Below, in pieces: positions 27,473 to 41,596 of a stretch of 64,000 nt of DNA. Source of the DNA: Eledone cirrhosa (lineage: Eukaryota). Position numbers and translations under genes: made by a program. Within the stretch, counting starts at the first letter, position 1. Each line of letters starts with the position of its first letter. The stretch lies in assembly GCA_964016885.1 (NCBI GenBank), contig OZ024740.1:202616001-202680000 (forward strand), read 5' to 3'. Below the pieces are notes generated by a model. That model did no database searches. It was not told the origin of the DNA and saw only the letters and a list, made by a program, of their open reading frames with translations.

Positions 27473-29402
27473 AATAATCATGAAGACAGCATGAGATTTT
27501 TTCATATCAGACTTTATTTATTTTCCATGCTTGTATGGGTTAGACTGGTTGTCACCTACTCAGGCTAGACGAGTTAGATGACCACATATTGTGCATACAT
27601 TCCATTTGAGGCTTCATGTCTTTCCTAATGTCAACCACATACCGACGTTAATCCAAGCTACACAGAAAATTCTGAAGTTAGCGAAAGATACATCTATATG
27701 GTGCCCGATTGTTTTAAAGAACATTTTTACACTCATCTCCATGATATGGGAACCAGTACAGCCCTGGCGAAAGATTTCTGGCAGTCCCAGATAAGATTTC
27801 ATGGATGATATTTGAAAGATACAGTCCTTACATCAATGGTACCAAGAGATATGCCTTAGTGAGAAATTTAGAATATTACGTTTGTCTTCCCTGAACAATA
27901 TTTATTTGAACTCAAAGAGCAAAAGTTTTAGAGGATGCTTCCATCTTAAAACCCAACAGCTTGCTAAGTGGAAATACTCAACAAATTTGACTGATTTTCA
28001 ACCACCTTAATTTGATTTATATACTTCTGTGTTACATCTTTTCTTTCTCTATCTCTTGCCACACTTACATAGTACAATACACTTACATAGTACTTTGCTA
28101 TGCTACTTTACCCCATACCTTAATAGATATTACCATCTCAATATTACATTCCATTACATAATACAATACTTCTGCTATAGCATAAGAACACTAACATGTG
28201 AACGATCTTGCATTTCAAATTTTCATCTTGGAGTTATTTCCCTTTATTGCAATACGTGTTTTCTTAAACTGGTGTTTTTAGCATGCTTTACTTTTAACAG
28301 TATCTTATAAACTTGTATAAGCTCCTGAAGAAAAATCACAAATTTGATGGCTGGAGGTATGGTAAATAGTGATCCTTGAAACCTTAGGAACCCATGCCAA
28401 CTATGGAACATATGAGCAAAACATAGTTCCCTGATCACTCTAAACTTGGACTGAGACAGCCCATCCAAACCATACCAGCATAGAGAATGGACATAAAATA
28501 ATGATGTGAGAAGGTTGTGTTGTAAACTGATAGTTTTCTTAATAAAAGAGAATCTTTATGACTCTAGATTCTATGGAATATATTTGATTATATATATATA
28601 TAGCAAAGAAGATGATTTTCATTCCGTATTTTATGTAAAAATGAAACAAATTTACCAGTATTGAGTATGAATGTTTCATTTATGTCAGAAATAAATGGAG
28701 TGAGAGATTAATAATGACATTCAGAAAATATCTCTGTTCCATTTTAACTAGCAACATGTAGGCATAAAACCACTGCTGGTGTATTGTGTCTCTCCATAAA
28801 GGGTGTGGTACTTGATTACATGATGATAAAGCAGTTTTGTTCTCGACATAATGGGGTAGGGAGGAACAAGTATGTTTTGTGTGTATCATGAGGATAGGTG
28901 AATTTGCATGGCTTAGTGGTTTGGATGTTCAGCTCACAATTGTAAAGTAATAAGTTCGCTTCCTGACAGCATGTTGGGTCCTTCAATAAGACACTTTATT
29001 TCATATTGCTTCAGGCCACTGAGATGGCAAAAATGTGTTGTACCTGTAATGAAATACACTGCCAATGATTTTCAAATAATTTTGAAAATAATCAAGAATT
29101 TGAAGGTATTTAGTAATATAACTAACTCTCATATTTAGTTGGTGTTTTGGAACATAACAAAATTTTCTTACATAAAATTATGATGGAAGGTTTATAGATG
29201 TACCTCATTACTTGGGATTAAACACTTTAAAATGAACAGCTTTGTATCATGGAACCAGGGACAGTTTCAGGTGGTTTGGCAATTGTTATTAAATGTTTTG
29301 ATTAATTAGAAATATATTATTTTCAGATTAACTTTATTTCATTTATACCTATAACAATGTTAATTAAAAACTAATGAATGGTTGTTGTTTTTTTATCTTT
29401 AA

Positions 29403-29555
<153 letters not shown>

Positions 29556-29653
29556 TAGCTTACTACATGGTTATGTAAGTACATTGAAATATATGTACCT
29601 CATTACATGGGATTATTAACACCCTTCAATGTATATAATTATATTAATATAAA

Positions 29654-30003
29654 CTACTAGACCACCTGTGACCTGTTGGGCCACGGGTAGTCTAGTTGTT
29701 ACTTGAGTGGGATCTCTTCCTGTCTGTCTTTAACTTGACTATACTAAGGCTTTTCGGAAATGAAACACAACAGTAAGCACGCTAGCGATCTGATTAGTTA
29801 TCATGGAGCTGTTGGCTATTTATGAAGGTATCCAGAAAAACCCTGTATCTTGGGAACCTATGCTCTGATTTACACGAGACTTGTTTTATTCTATTTGTAT
29901 TTCAGGGGCAACTTCCTTTCAAAGTATTTTCCAATTATGCGCCATTTTGGCTGTATTAAATTACAGACAAGCACACAGTTACAGAGTTTTAGTAGTATAT
30001 AGA
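29654..30003 (-). mobile_element. Non-autonomous Helitron-like element
   Basis: Minus strand starts TCtatatactactaaaa and ends in a strong subterminal hairpin, actagactacccgtggccc-aac-aggtcacaggtggtctagt, with CTAG in an A/T context. Confidence 0.65.
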
Positions 30004-30333
30004 TAGATAGCTAACCCTATGGAAATTTCACTGTTGTTGAAAACTAATACAATTACTTCAATACATATTTGTTATTTTATCATTGTATCATTTGTATAAA
30101 TAGACCATTAAAGGGTGGTGGATTGGCAGAATCGGTAGAGCATCGGACCAAATGCTTCGTGGCATGGAGTTATGGCCGTTTACGTTCTGATTTCAAATCC
30201 TGCCAAGGTTAGCTTCACTTTTCATCCTTACGGAATCGATAAAATAAAGCACCAGTTTAACACTGGGGTCGATGTAATCGACTTTCCTCTCCCCTTCAAA
30301 TTGCTGGCTTTGTGCCTAAAGTAGAAAGAATTA

Positions 30334-31050
30334 CACCGTGTAACATATTTTTTGTTCCCCGGTTCTAAGTGTCATTTCATGGTTTGTTATATCCCATTAT
30401 TATAAAAAACACTATTATTTAATCAGAAGTTTGGGTTTGTGGTCAGGAGTTTGATATTTCGAAATTTTTCATATTTTTCAAGAAAAAACACATTTTAAAA
30501 AAATTTATCAGTTCATATAATTAAATCAACAGAGTATATATTTATTTTATTACACAAGCGTATCAAAAACAAACAAGTGAAAACAAATAACACTTATTAA
30601 TAAATTATATACGTCAGAAATGACTGGATTTGCGGTTGTAGTCCAGGTCGCATTCCCACACTAGCCCCCAGATATAGTCCCCCATCATTTTTTCATTGTA
30701 GTGGCCCTGGTACCTCCACTCTATCTCTTTCACATCTTGGTGGAATCATTCGCCTTGTTCTTCTGAGTAGGCGCCCATATTGTCCTTGAATTTTTCCAGG
30801 TGAGCGTCCAGCATATGGAGTTTAAGCGACATCCTGCATCCCATGACGCCAAAAACCTTTATCAGATCCTGCACCAGTTGCTGGTAGTTTTCAGCTCTGT
30901 AGTTGCCCAGGAAGCCCTTAACAACTGCCTTGAAACAGTTCCATGCTGTTCTCTCAATCCTATTGAGCTTATTGGAGAACTCAGTAGACTCAAACACCTT
31001 CTTTATCTGAGGTCCAACAAAAATTCCACCTTTGATTTGGGCCTCATTTT
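30334..31050 (-). mobile_element. Truncated DNA transposon, Chapaev3 (CMC)-like transposase C-terminus + terminal end
   Basis: Minus strand: GIFVGPQIKK..AWNCFKAVVKGFLGN..GCRMSLKLHMLDAHL..MGAYSEEQGE*FHQDVKEIEWRYQG..MMGDYIW (one in-frame stop). CAC terminus at 30334 (caccgtgtaacat). The 5' part is lost at a SINE. The family name is recalled from motifs, not from a search. Confidence 0.7.
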
Positions 31051-31600
31051 GATTGGATGCCCTTCCTAACACCAACCTCATTTACAGTGAGTGGTGCTGG
31101 GTGCTTTTTTTCTGTGGCGCCTACACGTCCACTTTACAGTGTGGGCTGGGTGCTTTTTTGGCATGGCACCTCCACAACCACTTTACAGTAGAATGATAGG
31201 GACCCCAGTCCTATCATCTCATTTCTACAGCTGAGTAAATTGGAGCAATGTGAAATAAAGTTTCTTGCTCAAGGAAACAACATATCACCCAGCCTGAGAA
31301 TTGAACTCACAACCTTTCGATTGCAAGCCCAATGCTCTAACCACTAAGCCATATATATATATTAATTCAGTTTATTATGAAAGTTTATGGTGTCACAAAT
31401 ACCTATATTTAGTGGGTGTAAAAACGTGTATATACTTCTTTCAATAAATTTATTACATAAAATATTTCTGAAACAAACTATTAAAAATTTTTTGTTTTTT
31501 TCAGAAGTTATTCAAAAATTTTTGGCACTCTTTATATTTATTTTGAATTTCGAATATCAAATAATCTTTCAGAACCATTATAAATATGCATGTATATGTA

Positions 31601-31632
<32 letters not shown>

Positions 31633-33787
31633 ATATATATATATATAGAGAGAGAGAGATGTATATATATAGCGTTGTCTCTATGTGTGTATGTATTACA
31701 TACATATTTAGGTATACAGACAAAAGAGAAAAGTACTTAATACATATAGTATGGTGTATTCATTTATTCACCTGGTGACTGACTGGAACTTCATTTTAGA
31801 ATATATGAATATATATACATATGTCTGTCTGTCTGTGTGTAGTCAAGTGTTTCTTAATAATGGTATTTGTAGCCAGGCAAAAGTTGCCTACTTATATGAT
31901 GTAGCCAAAATAAGATTATACCAAACATTATTATCATCGTTGTTGTTGTCATTGTTGTCGTCATTATTATTATTATTAAGGGCTGTAGATTGGCAGTATC
32001 GGTAGAGTTTCGGACAATGTTTTATGGCATAGGGTTACACCTCTTTACGATCTGAGTTCAAATCCCGCCGAGGTTAGCTTTGCCTTTCACCCTTATGGTA
32101 TCGATAAATTGAAGTACCAGTAAAGCACTGGGGTTGATTTAATCGACTTCCCCTCCCCCAAAATTGCTGGCCTTGTGCCTAAAGTAGAAACTATTAAAGG
32201 TGGCGGATTGGCAATATCGGTAGAACGTCAGACACTGTTTTGTAGCGATAGAGTTATGTCCCTTTACATTCTGAGTTCAAATCCCGCCATGGTTAGCTTC
32301 GCCTTTCGTCCTTATGGGGTTGATAAATAAAGCACCAGTAACACTCTGGATGTATAACGTTTCAATTCCAATTACTTGTACCAAGCTAACTTTGATATGT
32401 AAAATTAGGGGGTTTGTTGTGTATGCAAATTTTTTGTGTATGAGTCCCCCCCCCCTTCCCCGGTCCATATCCAACCCTGTCTGTAAGGTGTTGGTGCCAT
32501 ATTAGAAAAAGCACCTGATACGCACCATGAAGTGATTAGTCTTATAAAGGGCAACCAGCCACATAAACCATGCTAGAATGGACCATATGAGTGAGACACA
32601 ACCATCTGACCTGTCTAACCTCAAAACATGATATGTTTAACCCCTGCAAGCATGGAAAATAGACATTAAATGATGATGATGATGATTAGTTTGGTGCTAA
32701 ATTGTTAGTCATCAGAGCGTAAGAGAAAATGCAGTGTTTGTTATACTTCTCTGCACACACCCAGCATGGTTGCAGTCTAATGAATAAAAGAAATATATTT
32801 TTTCTCAGAATATTTAATTTCTTTGTGTTTCTGTCTGGTACAACCGCCATCTTGGTTCATAAAAACTACTTGACGAATTTCCAGATGGTGTTTCAGTCAA
32901 GTTTAAAAATAATTAGTTAAATAACACTTTGGTAATAATTCTTGAATGAAAGAGCCATTTACAAAGAGAAACACATATAACACAATATGTATATTGAATT
33001 AAACCTTGTCTCATGATGATGATGGAGGTGGTGATGGTGATGGTGATGGTAATGGTGGTGGTGGTAATGGCTGTGGTGGTGGTAATGGTGGTGGTGATGG
33101 CAGTGGTGGTGGTGGTGGAGGTGAATACAATTTTTCAAAAGGAAAGAGGAATTAAAATAGAAAAGAAAGAAAAAAAAACGGGTCGACGTCGAGACCTCAG
33201 GTGTACTCTCGTTCCCATACTTCTATGGCCCTAGAGCCCTTGCCTTTCCCTTCCTTTTCTGTTTTTGAAAATCTGTAGTGTTTTTCTAATTATTTTGTAT
33301 CCTTAGACTGTTTATATATCCATAGATTTATAGTTATATATAAGACTTTGATAGACACAAATCATTTATTCTTAGCCCCAAATCTTGAATTTCTATTTGG
33401 TGATAGACTGGAAGAGATTGTCATGAAACAAGACCAATTTCTTATACAATTGTATCAACTCTATTCTCAGGGTTGGTTCAATCAACTGGCTATCTGTTAT
33501 GTAGATCTGTTGAAATTGAAATAAATTAAAGTGTGAATGTGGGGAATATTTAATATAATAAATAGCCAAGTTCCTTGCTAGAGAAGCTGATTACCACTTC
33601 CACTCTGTTGCTCCAGGGAGGAAGATGAGGGGGAGGGGGCAAATGTAATTTGTTTTGCCTGTAGTTTTTATTTTGCAGAATTTAATTGTGCAATTGTTCT
33701 TCCATAAAGCGCTGTTGATAAGTATAATTGCAGCCTGACAGGGGTGGGGGATGTGGTTTTCAGCTTTCAGCAAGAATGCAAATAAGT

Positions 33788-34082
33788 TTAACCTTATTGT
33801 TACCATATTTCTAATGCATATAATTTTCAAATAATTTTGAAAATAACCAAGAATTTGGAGGGATTTAGTAATATAACTAACTTTCTTATTGATAAGCTGG
33901 TGTTTGGAACATAACTTAACATTTAGTAATATAACTAACTTTCTCATTATTAAGTTGATCTTTGGAACATAACTTAACAAAGGTTCTTACATAAAGTTAT
34001 GGTAGAAGGCTTTTAGATTAATAAACAGTTTTGTATTGTAGAACCAGAAGTAGTTTCAGGCAGTTTGCTATCAAAAGGGTTA
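33788..34082. mobile_element. piggyBac-like MITE family B (~300 bp)
   Basis: ttaaccctt...accatatttctaatg...ttcaaataattttgaaaataatcaagaattt...ttcaggcagtttg.tatcaaaagggtta. Partial or interrupted copies at ~430-657, 2941-3040 + 3440-3556, 15345-15720, 19676-20140, 25367-25735, 29050-29280, 34440-34570 (inverted), 39439-39560 (inverted) and 39895-40084. Confidence 0.6.
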
Positions 34083-35995
34083 GACTCTTTTGATATCAAC
34101 TTGCTGCCTGTCCTTCTCATGTTAAAGTTTTCTTAGTTAACCCTTTTCATATGATACTGCTTCTTCTTCTATAATACTTCTTCTTCACTCAATTATTCCT
34201 GAAAGGTCATGGGGGTAAAGTCCTCAAACACTCCTTCCAGCAGGTCCTGTCAGAAGCCACCATCTCTAACTGATCCAGCTGGATCCCCAAGCATGACCAG
34301 CCACCAAGTTCATGGATGTTATCCAACCATCTTGCTCAGGGTCTACCCCTGGTTCTCTTGCGGTGGATTTTGCCCGTAAAATCTGTTCAGAGATTCTTTC
34401 CTGAGAAATTCTAACCACATGCCTATAGTAAATTGCATATTTTAAAGTGCTTATATTTTTCTAAAAACCTTTCATCATAATTTTATGTAAGAATCTTTGT
34501 TAAGTTATGTTCCAAGATCAACTTAATAATGAGAATGTTAGTTATATTACTAAATTCTTCCAAATTCTTAAAACTGGTTTGTTAATTCAAATGTTTATAG
34601 TGTCTTTATTAATGGCAAATCATCGTGGAAATTTGTAATATTAGATTAAAAACTTGAATATTTAATATGATGGTGTCAATTATGCTAAAAAACAAGGTTG
34701 CATATGTGTAATTGTTAGTGAACTCTTAACATCCATTTTTGATTTAGCAGAAAATATCTAAAAAATGTGTTTGATGAATAAAATGTTTATAGTGCCTTTA
34801 TTATTGGACAGATTTTTTTAAAAACTTGCAATATTAGAGTAAAAGTTTTAATCATTAATGTAGTAATAGTGCTATTTTGTCTTTTTTGAGAATGTCCTGC
34901 TAATGCAGTTTCATGTGGTACAGGATATTAACAGTTAATATATAGAAGCTCATAGAATAAATTGTATCTTAATGTCTTGTGGTTTCTCCTCTCTTTTTAA
35001 TACATTAATGCCAAAAGACATTCCTACTCCTCCTCCTCCTTCTCCTCTCTGAATGTGTATGGTTAAGGAGCTTGCATGATACCACATGGTTTAAGGTTCA
35101 CTTCCATTGTGTGACACCATGGGCAAGTAGCCTCAGATTGCCCAATGCCTTGTGAGTGGAATTTGATTGACAGAAAATATGTAGAAGCCTGTCATATGTG
35201 TCTGTGTTAAGCTATTGTTTGTGTATCTGTCTCTTGAAGAGATTTTGTCAATCAGCCCCAGTACTTAATTTTTCAAGTCTGGTACTTTATTTTGTCCAAT
35301 TGCTAAGGTCCCGAGCATGAACATACACACAAACACACATATTCACTAAAAGAATGTAATTATTGTTGAAACGATGTCAATGTAATGTAGTTACTAATTT
35401 TTAGTCATGATGTATAAATAGCTACAGATCCATGTTGGGGCTGTACACACCTCAATAATATATCAATTATAATAATATACACACACTGGCTATTTAACAA
35501 GTCAATATCCTGATATTTCAAATATTTGTCTAATCCTTAAAGAGAAGTGGTGTGAGGAGAATGAATATATGTATATATATATATATATATATACATGTAG
35601 AGAGAGCGCGAGAGAGAGAGACAGATATAACAGGAGTGGTGAGGAGGGGGAGAATATATAAATATATATAGTAGAGAGAGAGAGAGATATAACAGGAAGT
35701 GAGACCTCAGTTGAAGTCTTAAAACAACAACAACATGTGACCATGTGACAAATGATCATTAAAACTGCTCTTTCTCTCTCTCTCTCTCATTTCTTTCACT
35801 CTCCACTGCTATTTAACTACCCCTTCTCTGTATAACTTGGACTTTATAACTGTACACACACACACATACACACACATACATACACACATACATACATTAT
35901 GTATGAGATAACGAAGTTTAAGTTTAAAATATTTTTATTCTATATCCAACGTTACATATGATTCATAGATGATCGGCTTAAGGTCTTTATAACAA

Positions 35996-36032
<37 letters not shown>

Positions 36033-37449
36033 TCCCCATGCATCCCCCCCACCCAAGTTCCCAATCCACACCATAAATTGGGACCATCGTAGAACTATGA
36101 CAATAAGCGCCCAGTCCACACAGTAAAATGGTCTCATTTGGGAATCATGATAAAAAGCACCCAGTCCACATTGTAAAGTGGTGTAGGTCTCACGACCAAA
36201 AGCACCCTGTAGACACAGGAAATGTGGTTGGCATTAAGCCAGGCATCCAGCCGTAGAAATTAAGCCAAAATCAGTTCTCTGAGCAAAACACAAAGGGACA
36301 ACTCGTCTAGCCCATGCTTGTGTGAAAAATTGACATTAAACGAGGATATATATATATATATATATATATATTTGAAATATATATACATATTTGAAATGTA
36401 GTTGTCTTAATTCAAATGACTGTAAGAATAGTTTATCACTATAAATAACAGTTGAAAAAATTGGGTAAAGTTCCTCTGGGGACAGAAAATGGATTGAAGT
36501 GTCTGTGAGAAATCAAACCCTATATCTCCCAGATATTAGACAAGTACATTAACCATTATGCTATGGGGCCCCTGCTACTGATATGTCTTCTATTGGAAGA
36601 TTTTAGCCTCTAACTACAATTGTAAACATTGGGTTTGTTGTTAATGAGTTTTGGGTGTTTGGGGTTGTTTTTTTATGTTTGTTGTATATTATTATTGGCA
36701 GTATCGGTAGAGGGTCGGATGCCATGCTTTGAAGCAAAGAATTACGGCCCTTTATGGTCTGAGTTCAAATCCCGCCGAGGTTAACTTTGCCTTTCATCCT
36801 TATGGGGTCGATAAAATAAAATACCAGTAATACACTGGGTAATTTCTGGCCTTGTGCCAAAAATAGAAACAATTATTATTGATAATTTACAATTTGGTAT
36901 GATGAGTAAAAGAGAATTAATTAATGAATGGAGTAACAGGCAAAGGAGGAGATAGATATGCAAAGAATTCTTGTGCAAACATACATGTATACATTCACAC
37001 AAGAAATTGTCTGTTGAGACAACAGTTAATATGGACATCATTTATAGAAAGTTTGATTCTTTGTTATTCGTTCTTTTTCATGAATGGAAAAATATATATT
37101 CCTTTTGTATCTTTATTCTCAAATCACCATAAATACTCTATTTGTAATATATTTTAATTCGTCACTTTTTCAATCTATGAGGTAACATGTACCTTTGAAT
37201 TCTTTACATTTAAAGTATATTTGTAATTCAAATTTTAGCTCTGACATAGCTGTATACAATCAAGTTTGAGAATTCCGTATATCTATTGATATACGGCCAT
37301 GTTTACACTGTAACAGCAGCAAGAAAACTGTTCAAATTTCGATCATATGACCACAATAGTACTAACTATAAGCATGCATGAGCAGAAGGCAGTGTGAAAA
37401 ATCTAAAGATATTTTATGGCAAAAGTGTGGATAATTTTTGACTTACTAT

Positions 37450-37912
37450 CATAGATATGTTAGCTATAATATAGATATAATAGATGTAGATATGATGGAT
37501 ATATAGATATGTTAGAAATGATAAATAGATATGATAAATATAATATAGATATGATAGATATACAGATATGATATAGATATGTTAGAGATATGTTAGCTAT
37601 AATATAGATATGGTAGATGTAGATATGATGGATATATAGATATGTTAGAAATGATAAATAGATATGATAGATATAATATAGATATGATAAATATCATATA
37701 GATATGATAGATATAATATAGATATGATGAATATCATATAGATATGATAGATATAATATAGATATGATAGATATAATATAGATATGATAGATATAATATA
37801 GATATGATAGATATAATATAGATATGATAGATATAATATAGATATGATAGATATAATGTAGATATATAGATATAATATAGATATGATTGATATATAGATA
37901 TGTTAGATATAA
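37450..37912. repeat. AT-rich ~20-bp minisatellite (tagatatgatagatataata)n
   Basis: Directly visible. Confidence 0.9.
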
Positions 37913-37919
37913 ATTACCT

Positions 37920-38492
37920 TATATACTTGAATATAAGCTGCCCCTATTTTGTGTCTGAGAAATTGGTAAAAATTCAAACTCCATGTATATACCGAGTCAG
38001 CTAATCAACACATTATGTTTAGATGGTATGGTGTTGAAATTCTCATGAATGGAGAATATATTTATGAAGTTTTGATATTTTGTTTCACAACTCCATTATG
38101 CAATGATTTTTTTTACCAATTTCCGACTATTTTGAAGGCCATATTCAAAACACACAAAAAAACAATAAGAAAAATAAATTTCACCTCTAATGTGAAACTG
38201 GTGTAATTTTCACCTCCAATGTGAAACCGGTGTAATATTCACCTCCAAAGTGAAACCAGTGTAATATTCACCTCCAAAGTGAAACCAGTGTAATATTCAC
38301 CTCCAAAATGAAGCTAGTGTAATATTCACCTCCAAAATGAAGCTAGTGTAATATTCACCTTCAAAGTGAAAATATTTTAGTACCTCATTTACATAGAATT
38401 TTAAGTTGGTGAAAATTGGCAAAATATTAACTGACCCCCATTTTACCATTGATTTTGTTTTGTCACATATTTCTGTGCTTATATACAATTAT
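37920..38492. mobile_element. Non-autonomous TcMar (Tc2/pogo-like) element with an internal 29-bp tandem array
   Basis: Ends atatacttgaatataagc...gcttatatacaattatat. A homologous copy lies at ~24565-24950. About 7 units of aatattcacctccaaagtgaaaccagtgt at 38175-38375. Confidence 0.55.
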
Positions 38493-40352
38493 ATATATGT
38501 TAGATATGTAGATAAAATATAGATATGATAGATATAATATAGATATGATATATCTATATATATATATAGAGAGAGAGATTTAAAATGTTTATTGACACTC
38601 TTATAATATAGAGAGGGAGAAATAGTAATTAAAAATGGTGATGATGATGATAAAGGGATATTCTACTACACCACTGTGTATCAATATATGGATGTATGGT
38701 TGAGGAGTTCACTTCAAAACGATGTGGTTTCAATCACACTCGTGGCCCCTTGGGCAAGTGTCTTCTGTTATAGCTTTAGTTTGACCATTGGCTTGTGAAA
38801 GAAAATTGGTTGAAGGAAACTGTGTGGAAGCCTGCTGTGTGTATATTTGTGTCCATGTCTGTGTTTACATTTACTATTTATTAATTATGTCCTGTGACTT
38901 AGCAGCTCAACAAAAAGAGATCAATAAAATAAGTAGCTAACTTGAAAAATAAATTCCTGAGGTCAGTATGACTGACTAAATCTCTTTTAAGGTGGTGCCC
39001 TAGCATGGCAACAGTCAGATGACTGAAACCAGAAAATAAATAAAAAATTTTCCTCCAACTACATTAATCATATAATTCTAATGAGGCATTTGTGGAAAGT
39101 ACAGGAGCAATATAATATATTTTGTTTTATAGAACACCAGAATTCCAATTTATTTTTAATTAGAAAATTTTATTTGTTGTAACAAGCATAATATGCTTTC
39201 CTGGTAATGAAAGACTAAGTTCATTTAATTTTAAAAAAATTAGAGATGTTTTGTGTTTTTTTTTTATTTTATTTATTATTATTTTTTATAAAGCACAAGT
39301 TACTTGTGAAGAACACATTAGATTTCTGGTGGGAATTGTCGGATTTCAAGAATTCTAAAAGTTCATTTGAAAACTTCAGAAAAAAGAATTGGTACAAATT
39401 CTTTACCTCTAGTTGTGATACACACAGAAAGATGTTTTAACCCTTTTGATACCAACCAAGCCCAAACTGGCTCTGGTTTTATGAAACAAAGCCACTCATT
39501 TTAAAGTCTTCCTATTTAAATTAAAACCTTCCGATATAATTTTATATTTGTTTTAAATGTTGTGTTGTAAATACTATCTTAATAATTATTTCTACTTTTG
39601 ACACAAGGCCAGCAATTACCCAGTGCATTACTGGTACTTTATTTTATCCACCCCATAAGGATGAAAGGCAAAGTCAACCTTGGCGGGATTTGAACTCAGA
39701 TCGTTAAGGGACGTAACTATGCTGGAAAGCATGGCGTCCAACCTTCTACTGATACTGCCAATTCACCTATCTTAATAATGAAAAAAATTAAGCATTTTAA
39801 TAAAGCCCTCAAAATTGGAATACAGTGTATGTCATTAGAAAGATGGCAATGAAAATGTGAAACTGAAATATACTTTTTTGATGTGAATAAGATCTAACCC
39901 TTTCACTAATATATTTCTAATGATAGACTGTCTGTATAACTTAACAAATGTTCTTACATAGAATTATGGCACATGGTTTTTAGATGCATATAAACTCTTT
40001 AAAATGGCAGATTCAGGCAAGTTGGTATGAAAAGAGTTAAATTTTTCTCTGCAGCTTCAGGCAGGTTGGTATGAAAAGAGTTAAATTTTCTCTGTTGCTT
40101 AGTATAATTTTTATATATGAGGTGGGTTATATTTTCATGCTTCTAGGAGCAGTGATTCCTAACCTTTTTACTCCTAAGGACCACTTTTATTTAATGGCTA
40201 TTTTTTTCCATGGTACCATCCTGCTATAGTCCCCCCCCCTCCCACCGCCCCCCACCTCACCCCCCGATTATTTTATGGTGAAAATAACAATTGAAACAGA
40301 GAAATCATATTTCACTTCAGAATGGGATACCCAATAGTGTGTCATCCTCATT

Positions 40353-40540
40353 GGTGGATTGGCAGTATCGGTAGAGGGTCGGACGCCATGCTTTGATGCA
40401 TAGAGTTACGGCCCTTGCCATTCTGAGTTTAAATCCCGCCGAGGTTAACTTTGCCATTCATCCTTACGGGGTCGATAAAATAAAGTACCAGTAATGTACT
40501 GGGTAATTGCTGGCCTTGTGCCAAAAATAGAAACAATTAT
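40353..40540 (+). mobile_element. tRNA-derived SINE family 1, near-consensus copy
   Basis: Near-identical to 7684-7870 and 15451-15632. Confidence 0.85.
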
Positions 40541-41260
40541 CATTATCATCATTTAATGTCCATTTTTCCATGCTAACATTGGTTGGATGCTTGTTACAGA
40601 TCAATTCAGTACTTAATAAGACAAACCTCCTGGATGGGCCATAGAGCCATGCCTTGTTTACGTATCTTCCAGTTTAGGCATGGTTTGAGTAACTAGATAT
40701 CTTTCTATCATCAACCATTTTACAGAGTATAATGAGTGCATTTTATCATGGCACCAACACTTGGAAGGTTTTCATGTACTTGATACAACTGAAAAGTCCT
40801 CCTGACTCTTTGTTGGGCATAGTTTGTGTGTATATTGCGTGTATATTTTATTTAACTCTTTAGCATTTACATTATTGGCAGTATCGGTAGAGAGTTGGAC
40901 ACCATGCTTTCCAGTATAGAGTTACGTCCCTTTGCAGTCAGTTCAAATCCTGCCGAGGTTAACTTTGCCTTTCATCCTTATGAGGCTGATAAAATAAAGT
41001 ACCAGTAATGCACTGGGATAATTGCTGGCCTTGTGCCAAAAGTAGAAAGAATTATTCTATATATACTATTATATTTTCGTGGTAAAGGCTTTACCTAACA
41101 TAATATCTTACATAATATTGAGAACAATACCTTAACATCAGCATGAGTAGCAAGTTATGGCCGGTTTGAACAGAAAGAGGTGAGAGAATTCTGGCCGGAT
41201 ACTATATCTTAAAATTATAATTTATAATATATGAATTAAATGATGCTGATGATGATGATT

Positions 41261-41298
<38 letters not shown>

Positions 41299-41305
41299 TA
41301 TATAA

Positions 41306-41585
41306 AAGTCTAAAGTCTCTAAGCCAGAAGGCTCATTTGGCCGATGCTTATCCCGGTTTCATGGCGTGAAGCAACTGAGAGTGCAAGACTCCCCACTAGA
41401 CAGGACGCCAGTCCATCGCAGGGTTAAACCCCCAGCTATTGCTGGTACTCATTTTCAGCTGAATATACTGGAGCAACGTGAAATGAAGTGTTTTGCTCAA
41501 GAACACAACATGCAACCTAAGAATCAAACCCACAACATTATGATCATAAGTCCAACACCCTTACCTCTAGGTCACATGCCTCCAC
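41306..41585 (-). mobile_element. tRNA-derived SINE, same head/core type as family 2 but a different 3' domain
   Basis: Minus strand: ggaggcatgtgacctagaggtaaggg...ttcttgagcaaaacacttcatttc...ctgcgatggactggcgtcctgtc...gaaaccgggataagc. Related head/core variants with other bodies at ~5340-5545(-), 8650-8970, 26150-26380(-), 28905-29050 and 48690-48895. Confidence 0.6.
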
Positions 41586-41596
41586 TATATATATAT

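Noticed and set aside
27590-27960. Possible exon or decayed CR1/L2-type LINE fragment
   Set aside because: Coding-like composition, but no motif I can identify with confidence.
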